Positions 27,523 through 37,272 of a stretch of DNA of 41,693 nt are shown here, piece by piece. The first letter of the stretch is position 1; each line of letters begins with the position of its first letter. This DNA is from an uncultured bacterium (GTDB lineage: Bacteria > Latescibacterota > MVCY01): assembly GCA_964595705.1 (NCBI GenBank), contig CAZQSC010000003.1, positions 1 through 41,693 of the forward strand. The letters are read 5' to 3'. The position numbers and the translations under genes were made by a program. The notes beneath the pieces were generated by a model. That model saw only the letters and a program-made list of their open reading frames with translations. It made no database searches and was not told the origin of the DNA.

Positions 27523-28509
27523 GTGACCTACCAGCAACTGCTTTCTTCGATAAAACAGCGGGAATTTCTGCCGCTCTACCTGCTGGTCGGAGAGGGATTC
27601 CAACGGCAACAGGCTCTCTCTGCTTTAGTAACGGCTATTGTAGACCCCGCTACCAGGGATTTTAACCTTGATCTCTTCCACGCCGAGGAGGTAATCCCCA
27701 GCACGCTGGTAGAGGCAGTTTCCTCATTTCCCTTGATTGCGGAGCGGAGAGTGGTAGTGGTGAAAGAGTGCGATAAACTCCCTCCTAAAACACTGGAAGA
27801 TTTGGTCAACATAGTCACTGCTGCCGGTCTCTCTACCTCGTTAATATTAGATGCCGAGAAGGTTGACTTCCGTAGGGATCCATTTCGTCAAATAAGAGCC
27901 AAAGGATGGACAGTCGAATTTAAGCCCCTTTATGACAATCAGATCCCCGGTTGGATTCAAAACAGAGCGAGAGAGAAGGGCAAACAGATATCGGAAGATG
28001 CGGTGGATCTGCTTCACAGCAGTGTGGGAACAGACCTGTGGGCTCTGGCAAATGAGATCGACAAACTCTGTCTTTTTGTGAAACAGGCTCCCTCAATTAC
28101 CCGAGAGGATGTGGAGAAAGTGGTGGGTATTACCAAGAAGAACAGCATCTTTGAGCTGACAGACGCCATTGGAAACCAACAGAAGGACAGGGCGTTGTTT
28201 ATCCTGGATCGAATGCTGGAGGCAGGAGAGAGTGCCACCCGGATCATCTTTATGATAACCAGGTACCTGAAGACTATAATTAGGGCCAAAAAAGGCATAG
28301 AGGAGCATCTGCCTCGTGAACAGATAGGAGAAAGAACAGGTATACACTCTTACTTTCTGGAGCGATTTCTGGCTCAGGCGAGAGGTTTCTCTGAAGCTCG
28401 AATAAAAAGGGGATTAGATGCCCTTCTGCAGGCCGATAGCAATCTAAAGCGGAGCTATCAGAACCCACGGCTTATAATGGAACTCTTAGTTTACCAGCTA
28501 TGTGAATGA
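27523..28509 (+). CDS. holA: DNA polymerase III subunit delta
   Basis: PLYLLVGE, DFNL, FPLIAERRVVVV, NEIDKL, SIFELTDAI, AD..LK; GTG start behind GGAGGA. Confidence 0.92.
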   Translation: MTYQQLLSSIKQREFLPLYLLVGEGFQRQQALSALVTAIVDPATRDFNLDLFHAEEVIPSTLVEAVSSFPLIAERRVVVVKECDKLPPKTLEDLVNIVTAAGLSTSLILDAEKVDFRRDPFRQIRAKGWTVEFKPLYDNQIPGWIQNRAREKGKQISEDAVDLLHSSVGTDLWALANEIDKLCLFVKQAPSITREDVEKVVGITKKNSIFELTDAIGNQQKDRALFILDRMLEAGESATRIIFMITRYLKTIIRAKKGIEEHLPREQIGERTGIHSYFLERFLAQARGFSEARIKRGLDALLQADSNLKRSYQNPRLIMELLVYQLCE

Positions 28510-30230
28510 TGCAAGAGACAGAGCACATACGACTTGAACAGCGCTGGGTTTTCCCCCCAGAGCCTCCCCGAGAGCAATTGGAGAGGTTAGCGGCAGAACT
28601 TAAAGTGCCGTTGATCATCGCCAGGGTTCTTTGGAACCGCGGCATAGAAAATTTTGAAGGCTCTAAAAGGTTTTTGCAACCCTCACTGGAGAACCTGCAC
28701 GACCCGTTTGCAATGGCAGATATGGAAAAAGCCGTAGAGCGACTCAGCAAGGCTATCGACTCCGGAGAGCAGATTATGATCTACGGCGATTACGATGTCG
28801 ATGGAGTCACTGCCGTCTCTTTTCTGCTGAAGATTCTGAGAAATTTCGGGGCTCCTCTTTCCTTCTATATTCCAGACAGGCTGACCGAAGGCTACGGTAT
28901 CTCCAGGGAAGGTATTAAAGAGGCCCAAAAAAGAGGGATATCTCTCATTATCTCAGTTGACTGTGGCATAACCGCAGCGGAGGAGATACAACTGGCCAGG
29001 GAGCTGGGTATGGATGTCATCGTCACCGATCATCACCAGCCGGCAGAGGAACTTCCCGAAGCGGTTGCAGTGCTTGACCCCAAACGGGACGGCTGCCCCT
29101 ATCCCTTTAAGGAGTTAGCCGGAGTAGGGGTGGCGTTCAAATTGGCCCAGGCCCTCTTCCAGAAGAGAAACTTGGATGAGGCCCAACTTTATGAACATCT
29201 CGACCTAGTAGCCTTGGGCACTGCTGCCGACATTGTGCCTCTCAGAGATGAAAACCGAGTGCTGACCAAACACGGAATAGATAGGATGGCGGTCACCAGT
29301 AACCTTGGACTCAAGGCCCTGTTAGAGAACACGGGATTAACTGGCAAGCTTCTGGGCACAGGACACCTGGTCTTTATCATTGCCCCTCGGATTAATGCAG
29401 TTGGACGTATGGGGAGTGCCGGACGGGCGGTAAGACTCCTAACCACCGAAAATGAGGGACAGGCTCGCAATATCGCCAAGATACTGGAGTCGGAAAATAG
29501 GAAGAGAAAGGGAACGGACGACCAGATCTTCTTAGAGGCCTCCCAAATGGCCAGAGAGAGTGTCGACCGGGAATCTAACCCCGCCATTGTGCTCGCCTCT
29601 GAGGGGTGGCACCCCGGGGTGATCGGAATCGTGGCCTCCAGGCTTGCCGAGGAGTTCTATCTGCCCACCATACTGATAGCTCTGGATGGGGAAGAGGGGA
29701 GGGGGTCGGGTCGCAGCATCCCCGATTTCGACATCTATAAGGCCCTGAAAAGGTGTAAATCCAACCTTCTGGGCTTCGGCGGACATAAATACGCTGCCGG
29801 GCTCACCATAAAGAGGGAAAAGATAGAGCAGTTCAGAGAAGATTTCCAGACGGTAGCAAGGTCGGTGCTGAGCCCTGAGCGGCTGATACCTAAAGTTAAG
29901 ATTGACGCTGAGCTTAATCTCAGTCAAATCGACCACCGACTGCTCAGATTGCTCAGATATTTCGCCCCCTACGGCCCCCAGAACATGAGACCGGTTATGG
30001 TCTCCAGGAACTTAGAGGTGGTAGGTACCCCGATGGTAGTGGGTAAGGAACACCTCAGATTTAAGGTCCGTCAAGGCGGAACCGTCTTCAATTGCATCGG
30101 CTTCAGAATGGGCCACCTCCTCTATCGCCTCATTCCTGGGGAGAAAAACCTGGACATGGTATATGTGATTGAAGAAGATCAATGGCAGGGAGAACGAAGG
30201 ATTCAACTTCGTGTAAAAGATATAAGATAA
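28506..30230 (+). CDS. recJ: Single-stranded-DNA-specific exonuclease RecJ
   Basis: YGDYDVDG, VDCG, TDHH, PRINAVGR, GSGRS, GGHKYAAG. Confidence 0.97.
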   Translation: MMQETEHIRLEQRWVFPPEPPREQLERLAAELKVPLIIARVLWNRGIENFEGSKRFLQPSLENLHDPFAMADMEKAVERLSKAIDSGEQIMIYGDYDVDGVTAVSFLLKILRNFGAPLSFYIPDRLTEGYGISREGIKEAQKRGISLIISVDCGITAAEEIQLARELGMDVIVTDHHQPAEELPEAVAVLDPKRDGCPYPFKELAGVGVAFKLAQALFQKRNLDEAQLYEHLDLVALGTAADIVPLRDENRVLTKHGIDRMAVTSNLGLKALLENTGLTGKLLGTGHLVFIIAPRINAVGRMGSAGRAVRLLTTENEGQARNIAKILESENRKRKGTDDQIFLEASQMARESVDRESNPAIVLASEGWHPGVIGIVASRLAEEFYLPTILIALDGEEGRGSGRSIPDFDIYKALKRCKSNLLGFGGHKYAAGLTIKREKIEQFREDFQTVARSVLSPERLIPKVKIDAELNLSQIDHRLLRLLRYFAPYGPQNMRPVMVSRNLEVVGTPMVVGKEHLRFKVRQGGTVFNCIGFRMGHLLYRLIPGEKNLDMVYVIEEDQWQGERRIQLRVKDIR

Positions 30231-30382
30231 GGCAAAGTTAAAATTTCTGTGAAAATGGAGAAGAGAATGAACCACAGAGTACACAGAAGTTAGAGGTGCT
30301 TCTCCGTGTAGTCCAAAAGAATTTCCACTGAAGGAGATTAGACAACGGATTATATCAGGTGTGATTACAATTAATATATCTC

Positions 30383-30573
30383 TGATTGACTCGTAAAAAC
30401 TCCAGAGTATTCCCTCTCCCTTGAGGGAGAGGGCAAGGGTGAGGGTGAAAGTCTCGATATTTCAAAGACTTTTCCACCCCTTCCCCTTTACCCTGTTAGA
30501 TAAGATCCTCTATCTAACAGGGTGAATCCCCTCCCCCAGGGGAGGGAAAATACGACTTTTTACGAACGGATCA
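30383..30573. mobile_element. MITE-like element, copy 2 (both ends present) with a nested 36-bp hairpin insert
   Basis: Imperfect 20-bp TIRs tgattgactcgtaaaaactc / gactttttacgaacggatca, TCTC on both flanks, internal sequence matches the reverse complement of 2349-2472. Confidence 0.75.
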
Positions 30574-30635
30574 TCTCTGTGTTCTCTGTGATAGAAGATA
30601 TTGACAATATATACGATAAAATCAGGGGGAGAGAG

Positions 30636-31559
30636 ATGTCATTTCCAAAAGCGGAGAAGATATGGTTTAATGGTAACTTAGTAGACTGGGACGATGCCCG
30701 TATACATGTGTTGTCCCATGTTGTTCACTATGGCTCCAGTGCCTTTGAGGGGTTCAGGTGTTATGAGACTAAGCGAGGGCCAGCTTGCTTCCGCTTAAAA
30801 GACCATCTGCGTCGCCTTTTTGACTCCTGTAAGCTGTACCGGATGAAGATCCCCTATTCGCTGGAAGAGCTTTCGCAGGCTGTTCTGGGGACAATCCGTG
30901 CCAACCGGCTGCGGAGCTGTTATGTGCGTCCTATTGTCTTTCGGGGCTATAATTCCTTAGGAGTAGATCCTACCCCCTGTCCAGTTGAGGTAGCCATCGC
31001 TACCTGGAGATGGGGAAAATACCTGGGAGCCGATTCCGATCAGAAAGGAGTCGCTGTCCGGGTATCCTCGTGGAATAGAATGGCTCCCAACACCCTGCCG
31101 GCTTCGGCAAAGGTGGCTGCTAACTATATGAATTCCCAACTAATCAAACTGGAAGCCCTGGCCGATGGCTACGCAGAGGGAATTGCCTTAGACCCCTACG
31201 GGTATCTCAGTGAGGGCAGCGGAGAGAATATCTTTTTGGTCAGAGATGGAGTGCTGTTTACCCCTCCTCTTGCCTCCTCTATTTTGCCTGGAATCACCAG
31301 GAGTACGGTAATCACCATAGCCAACGATATGGGCATACCAGTCAATGAACAACTGGTTCCCAGAGAGATGCTCTACATCGCCGACGAAATATTTCTCACT
31401 GGCAGCGCAGCCGAGATCATACCAGTATGCTCGGTCGACAGGATCCCAGTGGGAAATGGGCACAGAGGGCCAATAACGGAGAAACTACAGAAAGAGTTTC
31501 AAGCCATCACCTCTGGGGAAAAAGAGGATCGGTACGGCTGGCTCACTTTTGTATACTGA
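30636..31559 (+). CDS. ilvE: Branched-chain amino acid aminotransferase
   Basis: VHYGSSAFEGFR, YVRP, AKVAANY, SEGSGENIF, LPGITR, GSAAEI; start moved to ATG 30636. Confidence 0.96.
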   Translation: MSFPKAEKIWFNGNLVDWDDARIHVLSHVVHYGSSAFEGFRCYETKRGPACFRLKDHLRRLFDSCKLYRMKIPYSLEELSQAVLGTIRANRLRSCYVRPIVFRGYNSLGVDPTPCPVEVAIATWRWGKYLGADSDQKGVAVRVSSWNRMAPNTLPASAKVAANYMNSQLIKLEALADGYAEGIALDPYGYLSEGSGENIFLVRDGVLFTPPLASSILPGITRSTVITIANDMGIPVNEQLVPREMLYIADEIFLTGSAAEIIPVCSVDRIPVGNGHRGPITEKLQKEFQAITSGEKEDRYGWLTFVY

Positions 31560-31566
31560 ACCTGCA

Positions 31567-32379
31567 ATGAGAAGAATAGCAATCATAGGCGCCGGCAATA
31601 TGGGGCAGGCCCTGACCGCTGGGATCCTGGATGCAGGGCTAACACCGCCCCAGGGAATAACCCTTGCCGATGTAGATACTGCCAAGCTGAGAAAAGTTAA
31701 AGAGAGCTGGAAAGTCAACATCTCAAAGGAGAATCAGGAGGCGGCTGAGGTCGCCCAGATCATTATCTTGGCGGTTAAACCAGGAGTGATCAGCGGGGTG
31801 CTGGAGGAGATTGCCCAGGTACTCACTCCTCAGAAACTCCTCATCTCCGTGGCTGCCGGGATTACCACCTCTTCTATCGAGGCACAACTGCCCCAGCGGG
31901 TTCCGGTAGTCCGGGTTATGCCCAATATGCCCGCTCTGATCCGAGAGGGGATATCTGCACTCTGCTGGGGCAAATATGTGAAAGAGCATCATATTCAACT
32001 GGCCTCCGAAATACTGAGCTCGGTAGGAGAGGTAGTAGTGGTGGAGGAGGGGCAGATGGACGCTGTCACTGGACTCTCGGGCAGTGGCCCTGCCTATGTC
32101 TTCACCCTAATTGAGGCCCTCTCCGATGGGGGTGTGAAGGCAGGGCTTCCTCGGAAGCTCGCCCTGAGACTAGCAGTGCAGACTGTCCTGGGGGCTGCGA
32201 AGATGACTGCCCAAACTGGGGAGCACCCGGCCGTACTCAGAGAGGAGGTAACCTCCCCAGGGGGAACGACCATCGCGGCCCTACACCAGTTGGAGGCGAA
32301 AGGCTTCAGAAATGCCCTCATAAGCGCAGTTGAGGCAGCCGCAGAAAGATCCAGAGAACTACGCATAAAAAGTGTGTGA
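31567..32379 (+). CDS. proC: Pyrroline-5-carboxylate reductase
   Basis: IGAGNMG, LAVKP, RVMPN, SGSGPAY, VTSPGGTT. Confidence 0.96.
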   Translation: MRRIAIIGAGNMGQALTAGILDAGLTPPQGITLADVDTAKLRKVKESWKVNISKENQEAAEVAQIIILAVKPGVISGVLEEIAQVLTPQKLLISVAAGITTSSIEAQLPQRVPVVRVMPNMPALIREGISALCWGKYVKEHHIQLASEILSSVGEVVVVEEGQMDAVTGLSGSGPAYVFTLIEALSDGGVKAGLPRKLALRLAVQTVLGAAKMTAQTGEHPAVLREEVTSPGGTTIAALHQLEAKGFRNALISAVEAAAERSRELRIKSV

Positions 32380-32505
32380 AGTACAAGTACAAAGTGGAAG
32401 AGATAATAACTTCACATTTTAGGTTCACTTCGCACCTGCTTTGTGAGCTAAGATTCCAGAGAACAAAAGGAGTATTGCCAAAATCACTGGCAGAAAGCAC
32501 CCACA

Positions 32506-33231
32506 ATGATAATTCTACCTGCCTTGGACCTGAAAGATGGGAAATGCGTCCGCCTGCTCCGAGGAGAAAAACACCGGCAGACTGTTTATTCAGACGATCC
32601 GGTGAAAATGGCACTTAAGTGGCAGAGCCAAGGAGCTAAGTACCTCCATTTAATAGACTTAGATGGGGCATTCCAGGGAGAGCCGAAAAATATAGAGATC
32701 ATAAAGAACATTCGCCACAAGATTCAGATTCCGATAGAATTAGGCGGAGGCATCCGGAATATGGGCTCTATAGTGAAACTGCTTTCCCTGGGCTTGGACC
32801 GCATAATCCTGGGCACCGTGGCAGTATCTGATCCCGATTTAGTTAAAAGGGCAGTCGAGCGTTTCGGCCCGGAGAAGATTGTGGTGGGTATCGACGCAAG
32901 GGGAGAGAGGGTAGCGGTTAAAGGCTGGGAGGAACTTTCGGAGATCTCCGCCTTAGAATTGGCCCTCAGGATGAGGCAGACAGGCATCGAGCGGATTATC
33001 TACACCGACATCTCCCGTGACGGGACAATGGCTGGCCCTAACACTACGATTGCAAAAGACTTAGCTCAGAGAAGCGGCCTTAAGGTGATTCTCTCCGGGG
33101 GTGTCTGTAGCCTGGAGGACATTATGCGTGTTTCTCAGTTGGAGAGATTCGGGATAGAGGGGGTAATTGTGGGAAAGGCGCTCTATGAGGGGAAAGTGAA
33201 CCTAAAAGAAGCAATCCAAGCAGTCTGTTAA
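32506..33231 (+). CDS. hisA: ProFAR isomerase
   Basis: PALDLKDGKCVRL, HLIDLDGA, GGGIR, TDISRDG, SGG, GKALYEG. Confidence 0.96.
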   Translation: MIILPALDLKDGKCVRLLRGEKHRQTVYSDDPVKMALKWQSQGAKYLHLIDLDGAFQGEPKNIEIIKNIRHKIQIPIELGGGIRNMGSIVKLLSLGLDRIILGTVAVSDPDLVKRAVERFGPEKIVVGIDARGERVAVKGWEELSEISALELALRMRQTGIERIIYTDISRDGTMAGPNTTIAKDLAQRSGLKVILSGGVCSLEDIMRVSQLERFGIEGVIVGKALYEGKVNLKEAIQAVC

Positions 33232-33246
33232 ACCCTTTCTGCTTTC

Positions 33247-34530
33247 TCAGAGTATCTTGTTCATCACTAAGCCGCTGGGGACCTTGGGATAAAAATAGGT
33301 CGACTTAGGTGGCATTCTCTCACCCTGACTGGCCACCGCTTCTAACTGTTCTGCTGTCACTGGCTTGAGGAACAATGCCAGTTGATACTGCCCCTCGTCG
33401 ACCAGCCTGATTGCCCTCTGGGCATCAGCAGCGTAGAGAATCTCTGTATCAGTGGGTTGTATCCCAAGGATATGTCGGATCACCAGTGAGTGCAGTATCG
33501 CCACATCTAATCTCCTCCACTGAGCTGACTTGGGCTCGGTGACAAATTTATCTACCAGCTTTTGATCCTTCAGTTTCAAGAGAAAGAGCTTCTTCGAGGC
33601 ATAAAGGCCGAAGCTCTCTTCCTGCTTCTCTTGCAACCGGCCCAACATATTCTGCGGTGGATATTCAATGGGTTCAAAACAGAAAAATTCCTCTAACCGG
33701 GAGAGAAACTTCTCCAGTTCAAATTGGGCAATCCCTCTGAGCACCCGATGCACAGGTAGAATGGTAAGGCCAGAGTTGGAGAGGTTGGTGAAATACATAA
33801 GCACGTAGTCCCAGCTGCCTGTTTGTCCTGGATTCCTACGGCGCATCTCGTCTCGGAAGGCTAAGGCTGTCTCGTAGCGGTGATGGCCATCGGCAATAAA
33901 GATCACCTTTTGCTCCATTTTTTCCACCACCTGCTCGATCAGCTCTGGCTCCGTGATTCTGTATATCTCTCGCTTCACCCCATCGGGGTTGGTAACCCTG
34001 ATATCAGGACTGTCTCCAATACAGGGCACAACTGTTTTTTCTATACTCAGTTCTGGATCTGAGTAAAGGGAGAAGATAGGGCTGAAGTTAGCCTTACAGT
34101 TGCGAATAAGACCCATTCGGTCTATCCGGGCCTTCTCTATGGTGTTTTCGTGAGGATAGATTACGCCAGAGGCGAATTCCTCTAAGCGGGCCAGGGCGAT
34201 AAATCCCCATCGGATCTTCTCCTCCCCGGTGGGGAGACTGTAGGTTTCCCGACATACATATATCGCTGGCTTGGGGTCTTGCACTAAGACTCGTTCTCCA
34301 AGCCACCTGTTCCAGAATCTACAGGCCCTTGTGTCCCTGTTCTCCTGCTCATTATCTCCAGGCAACTGCTTACCAAAAATCAGTCTGACGACATTCCACT
34401 GGCTGCGTCGGTAAAGCTCCTCCTGGAGTTCAGGGGAAATCACATCCCAAGGGGGAGCTACGACTGAGTCCAGATCGCCTACCTTTTCCTCATTATACAC
34501 CACTGCCCGAAAGGGAATAATCTGCGCCAT
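33247..34530 (-). CDS. DUF1015 family protein
   Basis: APPWDVIS, PHENT, IADGHHRYETA, PVHR, MPPKSTYFYPK..SGL. Confidence 0.92.
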   Translation of the reverse strand: MAQIIPFRAVVYNEEKVGDLDSVVAPPWDVISPELQEELYRRSQWNVVRLIFGKQLPGDNEQENRDTRACRFWNRWLGERVLVQDPKPAIYVCRETYSLPTGEEKIRWGFIALARLEEFASGVIYPHENTIEKARIDRMGLIRNCKANFSPIFSLYSDPELSIEKTVVPCIGDSPDIRVTNPDGVKREIYRITEPELIEQVVEKMEQKVIFIADGHHRYETALAFRDEMRRRNPGQTGSWDYVLMYFTNLSNSGLTILPVHRVLRGIAQFELEKFLSRLEEFFCFEPIEYPPQNMLGRLQEKQEESFGLYASKKLFLLKLKDQKLVDKFVTEPKSAQWRRLDVAILHSLVIRHILGIQPTDTEILYAADAQRAIRLVDEGQYQLALFLKPVTAEQLEAVASQGERMPPKSTYFYPKVPSGLVMNKIL

Positions 34531-34580
34531 ATCACCTCCTAAAGTAACACTCTAAGTTTGGCAAAATAATAAGGGTTTAT

Positions 34581-34839
34581 AAATTCTAAGCTCCGAATCA
34601 CAAATTCCAAATAAATTCAAAACTCCAAGCTCCAAACTTTCCGCAGGACAAACTAATACATTCCCACTTACCCTGTTATGGGCCCGGTTCTATCGGCGTC
34701 TGCAGACACCTCCCACATCTTTTTAAGCAAGACAGACTATGAGGCCTCAGGCACGCCTGACTATAGCAGGGGTCGTTTGAACATTTGAATTTTGGTTATT
34801 GGAACTTGTTTGGGATTTGGAGTTTGTTGCTTGGAGTTT
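34581..34839. repeat. Inverted pair of degenerate heptamer arrays enclosing two REP-like hairpins
   Basis: 34581-34637 has roughly 7-nt periodic (t/c)ccaaa units; 34775-34839 has the complementary tttgga units; inside are ggcgtctgcagacacc and tcaggcacgcctga. Confidence 0.7.
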
Positions 34840-34865
34840 ACAAAAGCTTGGTTAATTTTTCTTGT

Positions 34866-35918
34866 TCACTGTTCCTTCTGGATCTCCTCTAACAGGGCAT
34901 CTACAAGCTGGGTTTCTTTCACCTTTTTTATCACCTTGCCCTGTTTGAAAACCAGCCCTTCTCCTTTTCCGCCGGCGATGCCGAAGTCGGCCTCTCTTGC
35001 TTCTCCGGGACCGTTGACCACACAGCCCATCACGGCGATCTTAAGCGGTTTTTCTATATTCCTCACCCTCTGTTCCACCTCTTCGGCCAACGGGATCAGG
35101 TCAATCTGGGCCCGGCCACAGGTGGGGCAGGAGATAACTATAGGACCCCTTTGCCTTAATCCCAAAGACTTTAAGATCTCAAAGCCCACCTTCACCTCTT
35201 CTATCGGGTCGCTGGTGAGAGAGACCCGGATGGTATCGCCGATTCCCTGAGCAAGCACTGTCCCAATGCCCACTGCCGATCTTATGCTGCCGGCTTTCAA
35301 AGTGCCCGCCTCGGTGACCCCCACATGCAAGGGATAGTTCACCTTCTCAGAGATCAGCTCATAAGCGAGAATAGTTACCGGCACATCGGAGCTTTTGAGA
35401 GAGATGACTATCTCCTCGAATCCCAGTCTTTCTAAGATAGCCACATGTCTTAGGGCGCTTTCCACCATAGCCTCGGCGGTGGGCCAGCCGTATTTCTGCA
35501 GAAGCTCTTTCTCCAGAGAGCCGGAGTTAACCCCAATTCTGATAGGGATTTTTCTCTCACTAGCAGCTTTTACTACCGCCTCTATCCTCTCCCTTGAGCC
35601 GATGTTTCCCGGATTGATGCGCAGTTTGTCCACCCCAGCCTCCACAGCGGAGAGGGCCAGACGGTAGTCGAAGTGGATATCCGCCACCAAGGGGATGGCG
35701 ATTTGGTGTTTGATTTCCGACAGAGCCTTAGCGGCGGCCTGATCCGGCACCGCCACTCTCACGATCTCACAGCCTGCCTGCTGGAGGCGATGAATCTGCC
35801 CTACTGTTGCGTCTATATCCCTGGTGTCAGTATTGGTCATCGACTGCACCGTCACCGGGCTGCCGCCCCCTATGGGGACATTGCCCACAAGGACTTTCTT
35901 GGTAAGTTTTCTTTGCAT
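34866..35918 (-). CDS. ispG: HMBPP synthase (4-hydroxy-3-methylbut-2-en-1-yl diphosphate synthase)
   Basis: [50 protein letters not shown]. Confidence 0.97.
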   Translation of the reverse strand: MQRKLTKKVLVGNVPIGGGSPVTVQSMTNTDTRDIDATVGQIHRLQQAGCEIVRVAVPDQAAAKALSEIKHQIAIPLVADIHFDYRLALSAVEAGVDKLRINPGNIGSRERIEAVVKAASERKIPIRIGVNSGSLEKELLQKYGWPTAEAMVESALRHVAILERLGFEEIVISLKSSDVPVTILAYELISEKVNYPLHVGVTEAGTLKAGSIRSAVGIGTVLAQGIGDTIRVSLTSDPIEEVKVGFEILKSLGLRQRGPIVISCPTCGRAQIDLIPLAEEVEQRVRNIEKPLKIAVMGCVVNGPGEAREADFGIAGGKGEGLVFKQGKVIKKVKETQLVDALLEEIQKEQ

Positions 35919-36012
35919 AACCTCAAGATTCACAGAAAACTGTGGAAGAAACAGTCAGTAGGCAGTAAGGAGTAAGCAGTAAGGACCAAGAGGCAACCAA
36001 TTGCCCGTTCAC

Positions 36013-37122
36013 CTACGCAGGGAACATACTGGTGCTACACCCCTGCTTTTTCCCCTCTCCCTCGGCTCTATCCACTGCCTCTGCCACCAGATCACCCACC
36101 TGGGAGGTGGAGTAACCCATCTTGCCGGCAGACATACTTTTAAGCTTTGTACTCACCACCTCTATGATGGCCTTCTCCAGAGCCTGGGCTGCCTTTTTCT
36201 CACCCAGCACCTCTAACATCATCTGACAGGCAGAGATGGCGGCTATTGGATTTATCATCCCTTTGCCGGCATACTTGGGGGCAGAGCCGCCGATAGGTTC
36301 AAACATTGAGACCCCCTCGGGGTTTATATTTCCTCCGGCAGCAACCCCCAGTCCCCCCTGGATTATGGCCCCTAAGTCGGTGATGATATCGCCGAACATA
36401 TTGTCGGTGACGATGACATCAAACCATTCCGGATTTTTCACCATCCACATACAGGTGGCATCCACATGGGCGTATTGGCGCTTTATGTCGGGGTAATCCC
36501 TTTCTCCTATCTCGTGGAAGGCCCTCTCCCATAGGTCGAAGGCATAGATGAGGACATTAGTTTTGCCGCACAGAGTGAGGGTCTTCTTTCTGTTTCTTTG
36601 ACGGCAAAACTGGAAGGCATATCGGAGGCATCTTTCTACTCCCTTGCGGGTATTGATTGACTCTTGAATAGCCACCTCATCGGGAGTGCCCCTCTTAAGC
36701 ACTCCTCCGGCGCCAGCATAAAGTCCCTCAGTATTCTCTCTTACCACCACAAAGTCTATGTCCTCAGGGCCCTTATCTCGCAGAGGAGTCCAAACCCCAG
36801 GGTAGAGTTTAACCGGACGCAGGTTGATGTATTGATCCAAGGAAAACCGGAGCTTCAACAGAATGCCCTTCTCTAATATCCCGGGCTTGACATCGGGGTG
36901 GCCAATTGCCCCCAAGTAGATGGCATCAAACTGCCTCAACTCTCCGATTGCTGAATCTGGCAGTGTCTCGCCCGTTCTCAGGTATCTCTCGCCTCCGAAG
37001 TCGAAGGTTGTTATCTCGTATTTAAATCCGACTTTCTGGCTTACTGCCTTCAAGACCTTCAGTCCTTCGGCAACAACTTCCGGACCGGTTCCATCTCCTG
37101 GAATTACAGCTATTTTGTGCAA
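36013..37122 (-). CDS. leuB: 3-isopropylmalate dehydrogenase
   Basis: PGDGTGPEV, RENTEG, NMFGDIITD, FEPIGGSAP; lies near leuC and leuD. Confidence 0.88.
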   Translation of the reverse strand: MHKIAVIPGDGTGPEVVAEGLKVLKAVSQKVGFKYEITTFDFGGERYLRTGETLPDSAIGELRQFDAIYLGAIGHPDVKPGILEKGILLKLRFSLDQYINLRPVKLYPGVWTPLRDKGPEDIDFVVVRENTEGLYAGAGGVLKRGTPDEVAIQESINTRKGVERCLRYAFQFCRQRNRKKTLTLCGKTNVLIYAFDLWERAFHEIGERDYPDIKRQYAHVDATCMWMVKNPEWFDVIVTDNMFGDIITDLGAIIQGGLGVAAGGNINPEGVSMFEPIGGSAPKYAGKGMINPIAAISACQMMLEVLGEKKAAQALEKAIIEVVSTKLKSMSAGKMGYSTSQVGDLVAEAVDRAEGEGKKQGCSTSMFPA

Positions 37123-37272
37123 CCTAACCCCCTATTTTTATTGGTATAGTGTAATTTACCGCCAGGGATGCAAAAAAGGCAAAGAAAAGACCCTTTTGTC
37201 ATTGGAAAGACAAGATTATCTCTATCTAATGTGTTTTCTCTTCGCTATCTGTAAGGTGGTATAAAAACAGTT

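Noticed and set aside
30601-30622. Perfect TTGACA as the ilvE -35 box
   Set aside because: The nearest -10-like hexamer (TAAAAT) is only 10 nt away.
30522-30635. 38-aa N-terminal extension of IlvE
   Set aside because: It derives from the MITE-like repeat; ATG 30636 has a purine-rich RBS and gives a normal IlvE start.
34638-34774. 6S RNA or riboswitch in the ispG-DUF1015 gap
   Set aside because: No end-to-end pairing or recognisable aptamer consensus; the local hairpins look REP-like. An Rfam scan would settle it.
34792-35250. Long shadow ORFs (e.g. 34792-35250, 3946-4452, 5102-5647, 15998-16483, 37768-38229)
   Set aside because: They are antisense or off-frame to well-supported genes and have no recognisable motifs.
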